64,000 nt of DNA, from positions 5,827 through 69,826 of the forward strand of contig JABBOA010000001.1 of assembly GCA_019352075.1 (NCBI GenBank). The letters are read 5' to 3'. The stretch is from Acidobacteriota bacterium. GTDB lineage: Bacteria; Actinomycetota; Acidimicrobiia; Acidimicrobiales; RAAP-2. The notes beneath the pieces were generated by a model, which worked only from the letters and a program-made list of their open reading frames with translations, was not told the DNA's origin and ran no database searches. The position numbers and the translations under genes are program-made. Shown here in pieces: positions 13,225 to 26,762 of this stretch. The first letter of the stretch is position 1; the number at the start of each line of letters is the position of its first letter.

Positions 13225-15099
13225 ATGTCCAGTGAACCCACCACCGCACACCTCGACGTCGCCCCACAGGGTGACCCGGCACGGTCCTCACGGGCTGGCG
13301 ACGGGGTCGCGCGCGAAGAACTCGCGTCGGCGCGCCCCTTGAGCCTCGACGAGATCAGGTCGTCGAATCCGGGGCGCGACGTCCAGCGCGTGGGCACCGC
13401 TCGATTCCTGGGCCAGGACGTCGCCAAGATCCACGACCCGGTGTGGGCGGTGCTCGGCAACCTCGGCGACAGTCAGTGCTACGTCGGCGTGCAGGAGAAG
13501 GTCGCGGCGGTGCAGGTCGCGATGTCGCGGCGCATCGCTCGTGAGGATCTGGCCGTGCGTCTGATCGCCCCCATCTTCACCCTCGGTGTCTCCGACGGTC
13601 AACTCAACGGTACGCCGCAGATGCGCTTCTCCCTGGTGGGGCGCGAATTGGTCAACGACGCCGTCTCGGTGCACGTCGCGGCGAACCAAGTGGCCGGCGC
13701 GATCGCCGTGGTCGCCTGCGACAAGCCACCGGTCGGTACGGTCGCGGCGCTACTGGAGCACAACGTCCCCGCGGTCGTCCTCTCCGACGGGTCCATCAAG
13801 CCCGGCCACGACCCGCGCACCGGTGCGCGCATCGACCTGGTCGACGCCTTTCAGGCGGCGTCGAGCACCGACGAGGAGCTACGCGAGCAGATCACCCTTC
13901 ACGCGTGCCCGGGCCAGGGTAGCTGTGGGGGGATGTTCACGTACAACACGATGCAGACGTTCTTCGGGGTGCTCGGGTTGGAGCCGCTGCACATGGTGGC
14001 CCCCACCTCGGACGACCCACGGCGCGTGCACGAGTTCCCCGAGCAGCTCGTCGACTGCCTCGTGACGATGACCGAGCGCGACCTACGCCCACGCGACATC
14101 GTCACGCCCGCCTCATTGCGCAACGCCCTGACGGTCGCGATCGCCATGGGGGGCTCGACCAACGTGATGCTGCACAGTGTCGAGATCGCCCGCGCGGCGC
14201 GATTGGACCTGTGGCGCGACGTGCTCAGCCAGGACGAGTTCAACGACCTCTCGCGCCGTCTCCCGGTCATCGTCAACATGCGCCCCTTCGGGGAGTTCTC
14301 CATGGTCGACGTCGACGCGGCCGGCGGACTCCCGACGGTGGTCAAGGAGCTCTTGGACGCGGGCTACCTCGACGGCGACACCGTCGGCTGCACCGGGGAG
14401 ACCCTCGCCGCGCAGATCGAACGCCTCGCGCCGCCACCGGCGGATCACCGCGTCATCTACTCGAGCGCGCGACCCTTCAAGGACACGGGCGGCTTGCGAC
14501 TGCTCAAGGGCAACCTGGCCCCCGAGGGCGGGGCCATCTTGAAGTTGGCCGGGGTCGAGAGCGGCATCGTCGAGGGTGTCTTCACGGGCCGCGCGCGCGT
14601 GTTCAACAGTGAGCGCGCGTTGATCGAGGCGCTCGACGAACGCGCCGACGACTTCGCGGACAACGACATGGTGGTCATCCGCTACGAGGGACCCCGCGGG
14701 GCGCCGGGGATGCCCGAGATGCTCGACCCGACGTCGAAGATCACCACGATCTGTCGTCAACGCAACATCACGATCGCCTTGATGACCGACGCGCGGTTCT
14801 CCGGGGGATCGGTGGGGCTGGTGATTGGACACGTCGCGCCCGAAGCGCTGCTCGGGGGCCCCATCGCTCTGGTCCACGACGGCGACACCATCACCGTCGA
14901 CGTCAATGAGGACCGCATCGACTGCGTCGAGTTGGCCGATGCGACGGTCGTGGCCCAGCGCGCCGCGGCGTGGAACGCGGCGACGCAGGCCCACGACGGC
15001 GTCCACCCCGACGCGTCGCCCGTCTCGCACCGGGTGCTCCAGCGCATGCGCACCAGCGCCCTGCCGGCGCTGCGCGGCGCCGGCATGACCAGCGCGTAG
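13225..15099 (+). CDS. ilvD: IlvD/Edd family dehydratase (putative dihydroxy-acid dehydratase)
   Basis: VSDG...FSLVGRE, CDK, CPGQGSCGGMFTYNTM, GGSTN and RYEGPRGAPGMPEM motifs. ATG 13225 is chosen because the ORF-track start 13132 overlaps the divergent gene. Confidence 0.8.
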   Translation: MSSEPTTAHLDVAPQGDPARSSRAGDGVAREELASARPLSLDEIRSSNPGRDVQRVGTARFLGQDVAKIHDPVWAVLGNLGDSQCYVGVQEKVAAVQVAMSRRIAREDLAVRLIAPIFTLGVSDGQLNGTPQMRFSLVGRELVNDAVSVHVAANQVAGAIAVVACDKPPVGTVAALLEHNVPAVVLSDGSIKPGHDPRTGARIDLVDAFQAASSTDEELREQITLHACPGQGSCGGMFTYNTMQTFFGVLGLEPLHMVAPTSDDPRRVHEFPEQLVDCLVTMTERDLRPRDIVTPASLRNALTVAIAMGGSTNVMLHSVEIARAARLDLWRDVLSQDEFNDLSRRLPVIVNMRPFGEFSMVDVDAAGGLPTVVKELLDAGYLDGDTVGCTGETLAAQIERLAPPPADHRVIYSSARPFKDTGGLRLLKGNLAPEGGAILKLAGVESGIVEGVFTGRARVFNSERALIEALDERADDFADNDMVVIRYEGPRGAPGMPEMLDPTSKITTICRQRNITIALMTDARFSGGSVGLVIGHVAPEALLGGPIALVHDGDTITVDVNEDRIDCVELADATVVAQRAAAWNAATQAHDGVHPDASPVSHRVLQRMRTSALPALRGAGMTSA

Positions 15100-15175
15100 C
15101 CGGGTCGCCGCGACGGGACTCGTCGTCTCCTCACGCGGCCCTAAGGCCCTCGCGGGACGCGTCGCGTAATTCGTG

Positions 15176-15204
15176 TTGTGCTGGGGGCGATGCGTGGCTA
15201 TATT
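15176..15204 (+). promoter_or_regulatory. Candidate promoter of the ilvB leader (TTGTGC-17 nt-TATATT)
   Basis: Hexamers at 15176-15181 and 15199-15204. The leader-peptide GTG lies 6 nt after the -10 element. Confidence 0.4.
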
Positions 15205-15210
15205 GGAGCC

Positions 15211-15264
15211 GTGACAATACGTGACTTCATTCTCGAGGTAGTGGTAGGCGCCAGGCGCCGGTAG
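15211..15264 (+). CDS. ilvB leader peptide (17 codons, Ile/Leu/Val-rich)
   Basis: GTG ACA ATA CGT GAC TTC ATT CTC GAG GTA GTG GTA GGC GCC AGG CGC CGG TAG translates to VTIRDFILEVVVGARRR*. A terminator follows. Confidence 0.55.
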   Translation: MTIRDFILEVVVGARRR

Positions 15265-15286
15265 TCACGCTTTGTCGTATACCGGA

Positions 15287-15312
15287 GGCCTCCCAAAATG
15301 GGAGGCCTTTTT
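15287..15312 (+). terminator. Intrinsic terminator (attenuator) upstream of ilvB
   Basis: GGCCTCCC-AAAAT-GGGAGGCC followed by TTTTT, 25 nt before ilvB GTG 15337. Confidence 0.7.
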
Positions 15313-15336
15313 CTATATCTAACAAAAAGGATCATT

Positions 15337-17045
15337 GTGCAACTCACCGGAGCGCAAGCCCTCATCAAGAGCCTGGAGATGGAAGGGGTCGAAGTCATCT
15401 TCGGCCTGCCGGGAGGCGCCATCTTGCCGGTCTACGACCCGCTCATCGACTCGAGCGTGCGTCACGTGCTCGTGCGTCACGAACAGGGGGCCGGCCACAT
15501 GGCCGAGGGCTACGCGCTGGCCACTGGTCGCCCCGGCGTCGCGATGGTGACCTCGGGCCCCGGTGCGACCAACATCGTGACCCCTATCGGTAACGCCCAC
15601 ATGGACTCCACCCCGTTGGTGGTCATCACCGGCCAGGTGTCCTCCGCGGCGATCGGCACCGACGCGTTCCAGGAGTGCGACATCACCGGCATCACCATGG
15701 GCATCACGAAGCACAACTTCCTCGTCAAGAGCGCCCACGAGATCCCGCGCGCCGTGGCCGCGGCGTTCCATATCGCCACGACCGGACGCCCGGGTCCCGT
15801 CCTGGTGGACGTGCCCAAGGACATCGCGCAGTCGATGATGGAATGGTGGTATCCGGCGTCGATCGAGGAGTTGGATCTTCCGGGCTATCACCCGGTCGTC
15901 GATCTCGACGCCGATCGGGTGGCCCAGGCCATCGAACTGATCCGCGTGGCCGAGCGCCCCGTGCTCTACGTGGGTGGCGGCACGCTCAAGTCCCACGCGT
16001 CGGCGCAACTGCTGGCCTTCGCCGAGCGCACCGGCATGCCCGTGGTCACGACGCTCATGGCGCGCGGGGCCTTTCCCGACTCCCACGCGCAACACCTGGG
16101 CATGCCGGGCATGCACGGCATGTACGCCGCGGTCACCGCGATCCAGAAGTGCGACCTGCTCATCTCGCTGGGCGCGCGATTCGACGACCGCGTCACCGGG
16201 AAGATCCCCGCCTTCGCGCCCCACGCCAAGGTCATCCACGTCGACATCGACAAGGCGGAGTTCAACAAGGTGCGCCGCGCCGACGTGGCGATTCGTTCCA
16301 ACGTCGCCGCGGTCCTCGAGGCGTGGGACGCGAACCAGGCGAGTCCCCAGAACCTCGAGGTGTGGTGGAAGGAGATCAACGCCTGGCGCGAGACCTATCC
16401 TCTGGTCTACGACGAGCCCGCCGTCGAGGGTCTGCTGCGTCCCCAGCACGTCATCGAATCCATCGCGAAGGCCGCGGCCCCGGGGACGATCGTCACCTCG
16501 GGCGTGGGTCAGCACCAGATGTGGGCGTCGCAGTTCTGGAAGTTCGAGGAGCCCGGGACCTGGATCAACTCCGGCGGCGCGGGCACGATGGGCTTCGGCG
16601 TCCCCGCAGCCATCGGGGCCAAGGCTGGTCGCCCCGATCGGGTGGTCTGGTGCATCGACGGCGACGGCTGCTTCCAGATGACCGCCCAAGAACTCGTCAC
16701 CGCGCGTTCCGAGGGGATTCCGATCAAGGTGGCGATCTTGAACAACGCCTACCTCGGCATGGTGCGTCAGTGGCAGGAGATGTTCTACGACGAGCGCTAC
16801 TCCGAGGTCTACCTCTCGCCGGACCTGCCCGACTACGTCAAGTGGGCCGAGTCGATGGGCTGCGTGGGGCTGCGCGCGACGAACATCGAGGAGATGCACG
16901 CCGCCATCGCCACGGCCAACACCATCAACGACGTGCCGGTGGTGATCGACTTTCGCACCGACTCCTCGGAGAAGGTCTTCCCGATGGTCGCCGCGGGAGC
17001 GAGTAACGACGACATCATGGTCCACCCCCTGCAGAGAGAGCAATC

Positions 17046-17049
<4 letters not shown>
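15337..17049 (+). CDS. ilvB: Acetolactate synthase large subunit
   Basis: [33 protein letters not shown]-terminus and ThDP motif [16 protein letters not shown]...[13 protein letters not shown] 15337 is preceded by AAAGGA. ATG 15298 lies inside the terminator loop. Confidence 0.93.
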
Positions 17050-18652
<1,603 letters not shown>

Positions 18653-18846
18653 CGCACCGTCGCCGACAGTGGCGTATTGCCCCCGCGGTAGCGGTTCGGT
18701 CTTCGCATGGCTGAAGGAGGGGTTGGCCGCGACCAGTCGCCTCGGCCCCCTTCGCGTCACCGTCGTGCGCACCGGATCGTGGTAGCCGACGCGTCGCGAC
18801 GCTCTGTGCGGTGGTGGGCTCGAGGAGCGACGCGGCCCCTCGCGGC

Positions 18847-20295
18847 TCAGCGCGGAGACGAGCGACGTTGGGCGTCCTCGACGATCCCGCGCAGCATGCC
18901 GGGAAAGACCAGACCGTGGAACGGGGCGACGGCGAACCAATAGAGCCGCCCGAGCAGGCCCCGGGGCTTGAAGCGCGCTCGCTGTGAGACGCTGGTCCCA
19001 CGGGCGTCGCTGGTGATGCGCCACTCGAGCCAGGCCTCGCCGGGCAGACGCATCTCGGCGCGCAGCCGTAGCGACTCGTCGTCGACGATCTCCTCCACGC
19101 GCCAGAAGTCCACGTAGTCACCGACGCGAAGTTCGCTGCGGTGGCGGCGTCCCCGGCGAAGGCCGGGGCCACCCCAGAGCTGGTCGAAGAGTCCGCGCAG
19201 TCGCCAGAGCCACTCGCCGCTGTACCACCCCTTCTCGCCGCCGATCGAGCAGATCGTCGCGAACACGTCGTGGGGGCTCGCCGACGTGCGACGCTCGCGC
19301 GTGTCGACGAGTTCGGTCCCGCCCGCCCAGTCCGGGTCGGTGGCGTAGGCGCGAAAGGGCTGGAGGTCGGCGTCGCTGAAGGAGGTCGGCACGTCTCGCC
19401 GACTGGTGCGGCCCAGGGCGAGGCGAATCGCCTCGCGCAGGGTGCGCTGAGGTGCGCCCAGCTCGTCGCGGGTGCGCGAGTCGCGCACGATCACCTCGTT
19501 GACCAGGCTGTCGACCAGCGGCCGCGCGAGGGAGGCGGGAACCGGCGTCACCAGTCCCACCCAATGGCTCGACAGGCGCGGCGTCAAGAAGGGGACGGGT
19601 ATGAGCCGGCGCTTGGTGAGTCCGGCCTCGTCGGCGTAGAGATCCATCATCTGGGCGTAGCTCACCACGTCGGGTCCGCCGATCTCGAAGACGCCCGTGA
19701 GGGGTTCGCGCGAACCGATGGTGGTGGCCAGGTAGTCGAGCACGTCGGAGATCGCGATGGGCTGGGACCGGGTCGATACCCATTTGGGCGTCACCATGAC
19801 GGGCAGGACCTCGACGAGGTAGCGCAGCATCTCGAAGCTCGCCGAACCCGATCCGATGATGACCGCGGCGCGCAACTCCGTGACCGCGACGGTGCCCGCG
19901 GCCAGGGTCCGTCCCACGTCGTGGCGACTCGTCAGGTGCACACTGAGCGAGCTGTCGTCGGCTCCCATGCCGCCGAGGTAGACAATGCGACCCACGCCCG
20001 CGGCCTCGGCGGCGTCGCGGAAGTGTGCGGCGTCGCGCGACTCCTTGGCCGCCCAGTCGTGACCGTCGCCGATGCCGTGGACCAGGTAGACCGCGACGTC
20101 CACGTCGGCCATGGCGGAGTGCAAGGGGCCCTCGACGCTGCCGACGACGATGTCGACGTCGTCGCGCCAACTCGAGGCCGCCAACTTCTCGGGCGTGCGC
20201 ACCAGGCAACGGACCTCGTGGCCCTCGTCGATCAGTCGAGGGACGAGGCGACCGCCGACGTAGCCGGTGGCCCCGGTGACCAGGACGCGACTCAC
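18847..20295 (-). CDS. NAD(P)-binding SDR/NmrA-like protein with C-terminal DUF2867-like domain
   Basis: MSRVLVTGATGYVGGRLV Rossmann N-terminus and a long C-terminal extension. 482 aa. High GC3. Confidence 0.85.
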   Translation of the reverse strand: MSRVLVTGATGYVGGRLVPRLIDEGHEVRCLVRTPEKLAASSWRDDVDIVVGSVEGPLHSAMADVDVAVYLVHGIGDGHDWAAKESRDAAHFRDAAEAAGVGRIVYLGGMGADDSSLSVHLTSRHDVGRTLAAGTVAVTELRAAVIIGSGSASFEMLRYLVEVLPVMVTPKWVSTRSQPIAISDVLDYLATTIGSREPLTGVFEIGGPDVVSYAQMMDLYADEAGLTKRRLIPVPFLTPRLSSHWVGLVTPVPASLARPLVDSLVNEVIVRDSRTRDELGAPQRTLREAIRLALGRTSRRDVPTSFSDADLQPFRAYATDPDWAGGTELVDTRERRTSASPHDVFATICSIGGEKGWYSGEWLWRLRGLFDQLWGGPGLRRGRRHRSELRVGDYVDFWRVEEIVDDESLRLRAEMRLPGEAWLEWRITSDARGTSVSQRARFKPRGLLGRLYWFAVAPFHGLVFPGMLRGIVEDAQRRSSPR

Positions 20296-20540
20296 TGTCG
20301 CTGCGCCCGTCTCATCAACGAAGCGTACCGCGCGGACTCCTCGCTCGCGTCGGCCAGGCTCGCGATTCCCAGACCCGGTGTGGCGCTCAGCTCGACGCGC
20401 GCCCTCGTCGTGCCCACCGCCGCGTGCTCGAGCGCTTCGTTAGTGCCCTCGACGGCGCCGAGCGTGCGAACCACGGGGACGAAGGGGCGACGACGGGGGA
20501 TCGATCGACGGGGGATCGCGACGTGTTCCATCGTGGCCAT
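20292..20540 (-). CDS. Hypothetical small protein, translationally coupled to the SDR gene
   Basis: 82-aa ORF with high GC3. Its TGA overlaps the GTG start of the downstream SDR gene (GTGA). I recognised no family. Confidence 0.5.
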   Translation of the reverse strand: MATMEHVAIPRRSIPRRRPFVPVVRTLGAVEGTNEALEHAAVGTTRARVELSATPGLGIASLADASEESARYASLMRRAQRQ

Positions 20541-20610
20541 GAATCACCGATTGGTGAGTGGCGAGGTCGAACATCGCTGGTCGATCGACCCGGGCTGGGC
20601 GAGACGCCCT

Positions 20611-22966
<2,356 letters not shown>

Positions 22967-23010
22967 CCTCCCTCTAGGCTCTATCAACAAAATACGAAAG
23001 GACCCCCCCT

Positions 23011-24585
23011 GTGGCCCGAGTCTTAGTTACCGAAGAAATCGCCGCGTCCGGACTCCAGGAGTTGCGTGACGCCGGCCACGAGGTGGACGTGCGTCTGGGT
23101 CTGACGCCGGACGAGCTCATCGAGGCGGTCCGCGGGGCGCACGCGCTCATCATCCGCTCGGCGACCCAGGTGAACGCCGCGACGCTCGAGGCGGCGAGCG
23201 ACATGGTCGTGGTCGGTCGCGCGGGCATCGGCCTGGACAACGTCGACGTCACCAAGGCCACCGAGCGGGGCGTCATGGTGGTGAACGCCCCCGTGTCCAA
23301 TATCCTCTCGGCGGCCGAACAGACGATGGCCCTGTTACTGGCCCAAGCCCGCAATATCCCCCAGGCGCACTCGGCCCTCAAGGAGGGCAAGTGGCAGCGT
23401 TCGAAGTGGGAGGGTGTCGAACTGCACGGTAAGACGCTGGGCATCATCGGACTGGGCAAGATCGGCGCACTCGTCGCCCAGCGCGCCAACGCCTTCGGGA
23501 TGCGTCTGGTGGCCTACGACCCCTACATCACCGAGGAGCGGGCGCGCCATATGGGCATCGAGAGCGTGTCGCTCGACGACCTGCTCGCGCAGAGTGATTT
23601 CATCACCATCCACCTGCCCAAGAACAAGGAGACCACGAATCTCTTGAACGCCGAGACGCTCAAGAAGACCAAGGTGGGCGTACGGATCGTCAACGTGGCC
23701 CGCGGGGGCATCGTCAACGAGGCCGACCTGGCGGAGGCCATCCGCAGCGGCCACGTCCAGGGTGCCGCACTGGACGTGTTCGAGAAGGAGCCCACGACGG
23801 AGTCGCCGCTGTTCGAACTGCCCTCGGTGGTCGTGGTGCCCCACCTCGGGGCCTCGACCGTCGAAGCTCAGGACAAGGCGGGTGTCACCATCGCCGAGCA
23901 GGTGCAGTTGGCCCTGGCCGGTGACTTCGTCCCCTTCGCGGTGAATGTCGCGGCGGGTGAGGTGTCCAACGTGGTACGGCCCTTCATGGGGCTCGCGGAG
24001 CTACTGGGCCGGTTCATCGGCGGTCTGCTCGACGGTGAGCCCGCCGACCTCGAAGTGATCTACCAGGGCGAGATCGCCGGTTCGGGGACCAAGATCTTGA
24101 CGCTGTGCGCGCTCAAGGGCTTGCTGGTGGCCACGGGACACGACAGCGCCTCTTTCGTCAATGCCCCCCAGATGGCCGCGGACCACCACATCACCTTCAG
24201 TGAACTCTCGACCCACGAGTCACCCGAGTACGTCAACGTGATCACCGTGCGCTCGGGCCAGCACACCGTGTCGGGCTCGCTGATGACCGTGGGCACGCGC
24301 GTGGAGACGCGCATCGTCAGCGTCGACGGCCACGGTGTCGAGATCGCCCCGGCGGCCTCGATGCTCGTCGTGCGCAACAACGATCGCCCGGGCATGATCG
24401 GTCTGGTCGGCGTGGCGCTGGGTGAGGCCGGCATCTCCATCACGTCCATGGCGGTCGGACCGGATCAGAACACCGGTACCGCGCTCATGGTGCTCTCGAC
24501 GGGGTCGCCGACGCCGGCGTCGGTCGTGGAACGACTTCGCGACACCGAGGGCATCGACGACATCCACCTCATCTCGCTACGCTAG
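23011..24585 (+). CDS. serA: D-3-phosphoglycerate dehydrogenase (long form with ASB and ACT domains)
   Basis: GKTLGIIGLGKIGALVAQR Rossmann motif, NVARGG, PHLGAST and a C-terminal ACT-like region. 524 aa. Confidence 0.93.
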   Translation: MARVLVTEEIAASGLQELRDAGHEVDVRLGLTPDELIEAVRGAHALIIRSATQVNAATLEAASDMVVVGRAGIGLDNVDVTKATERGVMVVNAPVSNILSAAEQTMALLLAQARNIPQAHSALKEGKWQRSKWEGVELHGKTLGIIGLGKIGALVAQRANAFGMRLVAYDPYITEERARHMGIESVSLDDLLAQSDFITIHLPKNKETTNLLNAETLKKTKVGVRIVNVARGGIVNEADLAEAIRSGHVQGAALDVFEKEPTTESPLFELPSVVVVPHLGASTVEAQDKAGVTIAEQVQLALAGDFVPFAVNVAAGEVSNVVRPFMGLAELLGRFIGGLLDGEPADLEVIYQGEIAGSGTKILTLCALKGLLVATGHDSASFVNAPQMAADHHITFSELSTHESPEYVNVITVRSGQHTVSGSLMTVGTRVETRIVSVDGHGVEIAPAASMLVVRNNDRPGMIGLVGVALGEAGISITSMAVGPDQNTGTALMVLSTGSPTPASVVERLRDTEGIDDIHLISLR

Positions 24586-25965
24586 GGACGCGTTCTCGCT
24601 GTTCGCGGGGGCGATGACGGTCGGGAACTCGAACTGCAGGCGCAGGCCACCGAGGGGGCTTCGCCCCAGTGTCATCGTGCCGCGCACCGTCGTCATGATG
24701 TCACTCATGATGCTCATGCCCAAGCCCGTGCCACCCGACTCGCGCGAGCGAGCGGGGTCGAAACGCTGAAATTGGCGCGCCTCGCGTTCGTAGCCCTCCT
24801 CGGGCAGGCCCGGTCCCGCGTCGTCCACCGTGAGCAGGGCCCGACCCCCACGAATCGCCAGGGTGACCGCGACGGCCGCGTCCTCGGGAGTGTGACGCGC
24901 GATGTTCGAGAGCGAGTTGTTGATCACTCGCTCGACGTATTCCTGGCGGCCGGTGACCCAGATGTCGGGGGCCAGTCGTTGCTCGACGCGTCGCCGGGGG
25001 TGGTCGACGCGGAAGTTGCCCAACGCGTCACCCACGACGTCGCTGAGGGCCACCGGGATCAGGGGCAACGAGGCGGCCTCGCGTACTTCGGTGAGGAACA
25101 GGAGGTCGGTGACCAGTGCATCCATGCGTACGACCTCCCGGCGCACGCGTTCGAGCGCGCGCCGGCGCATCGGCTCGTCGAGGTTGGGTCGGTCGAGGAT
25201 CTCGCTGTACCCCTTGATCACGGTGAGGGGAGTGCGCAATTCGTGCGACGCGTCACCGATGAATCGCTGCATCTCGCGGCTGGCGCGCCGTTCGGTCTCG
25301 ATGGCGCGGTGCAGTGAGCCCACCATCGTCACGAGCGACGTGCGCAGCTCGCGCAGTTCGGGACTCCCCGACTCGGGAGGGGGCGTCGTGACGTGATCGT
25401 CACGAGCGATGGAGCCCGCGAAATTGATGAGCCGCTGGATCAGTCGGATGTCGCGCGCGGTGAACAGATAGGCGACCACCACGCTGAGCAGGGCGGCGAT
25501 CAGTCCGACGAGGGCCACGTTTCCCTCGAGGTGGTGCGCCGCCCGGGTGATGGCGCTCGTCGACGCCGCCACCACCAGGTAGGACCCGCCCGCGGCGGCC
25601 TCGGAGCGATAGCGAAAGCCCGGCAGGTCACCGCTCGTGCGGATGCCGTGCAGTGAGCGCTGGACGTCGAGGAGGCTCGGTCGGGCCACCAGGGGAACGG
25701 TGCCCGTGTTGACCTGGGTCACGGTGTCGTGGTTGTCGATGACGTCGAGCGTCACGTCGTAGCTGTTGACCGAGACGACGTAGGTCGCGTTGCTCACGGC
25801 GTTGACGGGGTGGCCGGCGCCGCTGGAGATGACCGCATTGATCTGGGCGTCGATCACCTTGTACTGCGCGGCGGTGGAGTAGTTGACGGCGAACCACCCG
25901 ACCACGAAGGCCATGACCACGGTCACCGTGACGAGGAGAACGGTCAGGCGGACCGACAGTTTCAC
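24577..25965 (-). CDS. Two-component sensor histidine kinase
   Basis: Two TM segments, H-box SHELRTPLTVIKGY, N box NNSLSNIARH and G boxes DDAGPGL and GGTGLGMSI. Confidence 0.9.
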   Translation of the reverse strand: MKLSVRLTVLLVTVTVVMAFVVGWFAVNYSTAAQYKVIDAQINAVISSGAGHPVNAVSNATYVVSVNSYDVTLDVIDNHDTVTQVNTGTVPLVARPSLLDVQRSLHGIRTSGDLPGFRYRSEAAAGGSYLVVAASTSAITRAAHHLEGNVALVGLIAALLSVVVAYLFTARDIRLIQRLINFAGSIARDDHVTTPPPESGSPELRELRTSLVTMVGSLHRAIETERRASREMQRFIGDASHELRTPLTVIKGYSEILDRPNLDEPMRRRALERVRREVVRMDALVTDLLFLTEVREAASLPLIPVALSDVVGDALGNFRVDHPRRRVEQRLAPDIWVTGRQEYVERVINNSLSNIARHTPEDAAVAVTLAIRGGRALLTVDDAGPGLPEEGYEREARQFQRFDPARSRESGGTGLGMSIMSDIMTTVRGTMTLGRSPLGGLRLQFEFPTVIAPANSENASLA

Positions 25966-26651
25966 GTGGTCGTCGTCGGCTCGACCATCTTGAAGCCGAC
26001 GCCGCGTACCGTCGTGATCGGTGTGAAGTTGTCGCGGTGGACCTTGCGGCGCAGGTACGAGATGTAGGTGTCGACCACGGTGGTCTCGGTTTCGAAGTCC
26101 ATGCCCCAGATGTCGCGCAGCAACTGCTCACGAGTGACCAGGCGACCCAGTCGGCTGATCAACATCTGGAGCAGTCGGAATTCGGTGGCCGAGAGTTCGA
26201 TGGATTCGTCGGCGAAGGTCACCTCGTGGCGGTCGACGTCCACCGTGAGCGGACCGCAGGCGTAGGTGAGGACATCGCCGTCGGCGGCCTGGGTGCGCCG
26301 CAGGATGGCACCGACGCGCAACAGCAACTCCTCCACGCTGAAGGGCTTGCGGACGTAGTCGTCCGCACCGTAGCGAAGCCCCCGCGCGATGTCCTCCGAG
26401 GAATCGCGTGCCGACAGGAGTAACACCGGCGTGGTCAGGTCGGACCGGCGAACCGTTTCGAGGAACTCGAAACCGTCCATCATCGGCATGTTGATGTCCA
26501 CCACGCACAAATCGATGCGCTTGAGACGCCAGAGTTCCAGGGCCTCGCGACCGTGACTGGCCACCTCCGTGTCGTAGCCCGCGAAGCGCAAGGCGTCGCT
26601 CAGCAGATCGCGCACACCCGACTCGTCGTCAACTATGAGAACCGTGGTCAT
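25962..26651 (-). CDS. OmpR/PhoB-family response regulator
   Basis: Receiver VLIVDDE...DLCVVDINMPMMDG and winged-helix ELSATEFRLLQML...TVRGVGF. 4-nt overlap with the kinase gene. Confidence 0.92.
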   Translation of the reverse strand: MTTVLIVDDESGVRDLLSDALRFAGYDTEVASHGREALELWRLKRIDLCVVDINMPMMDGFEFLETVRRSDLTTPVLLLSARDSSEDIARGLRYGADDYVRKPFSVEELLLRVGAILRRTQAADGDVLTYACGPLTVDVDRHEVTFADESIELSATEFRLLQMLISRLGRLVTREQLLRDIWGMDFETETTVVDTYISYLRRKVHRDNFTPITTVRGVGFKMVEPTTTT

Positions 26652-26698
26652 GAGAGAATTACCATACGAGGAGCGTACCGGGCGCCCGAGTACCCGGG

Positions 26699-26730
26699 GA
26701 AAATTCTCGCGGCATTGTCACGATATTCTC
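26699..26730. promoter_or_regulatory. Direct ATTCTC repeats spaced 22 nt in the AT-rich divergent promoter region
   Basis: GAAAATTCTC at 26699-26708 and GATATTCTC at 26722-26730. Related GAGAATT at 26654-26660 and AGAATTTTC at 26753-26761. Confidence 0.35.
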
Positions 26731-26762
26731 ATTAATCTGGGAACCGCCTCACAGAATTTTCT

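Noticed and set aside
15298-15336. ATG 15298 as the ilvB start (ORF-track start).
   Set aside because: The ATG lies in the loop of the GGCCTCCC/GGGAGGCC terminator hairpin, and the added residues ([13 protein letters not shown]) come from the T-tract. GTG 15337 has an AAAGGA Shine-Dalgarno and gives the conserved LTGAQALI N-terminus.
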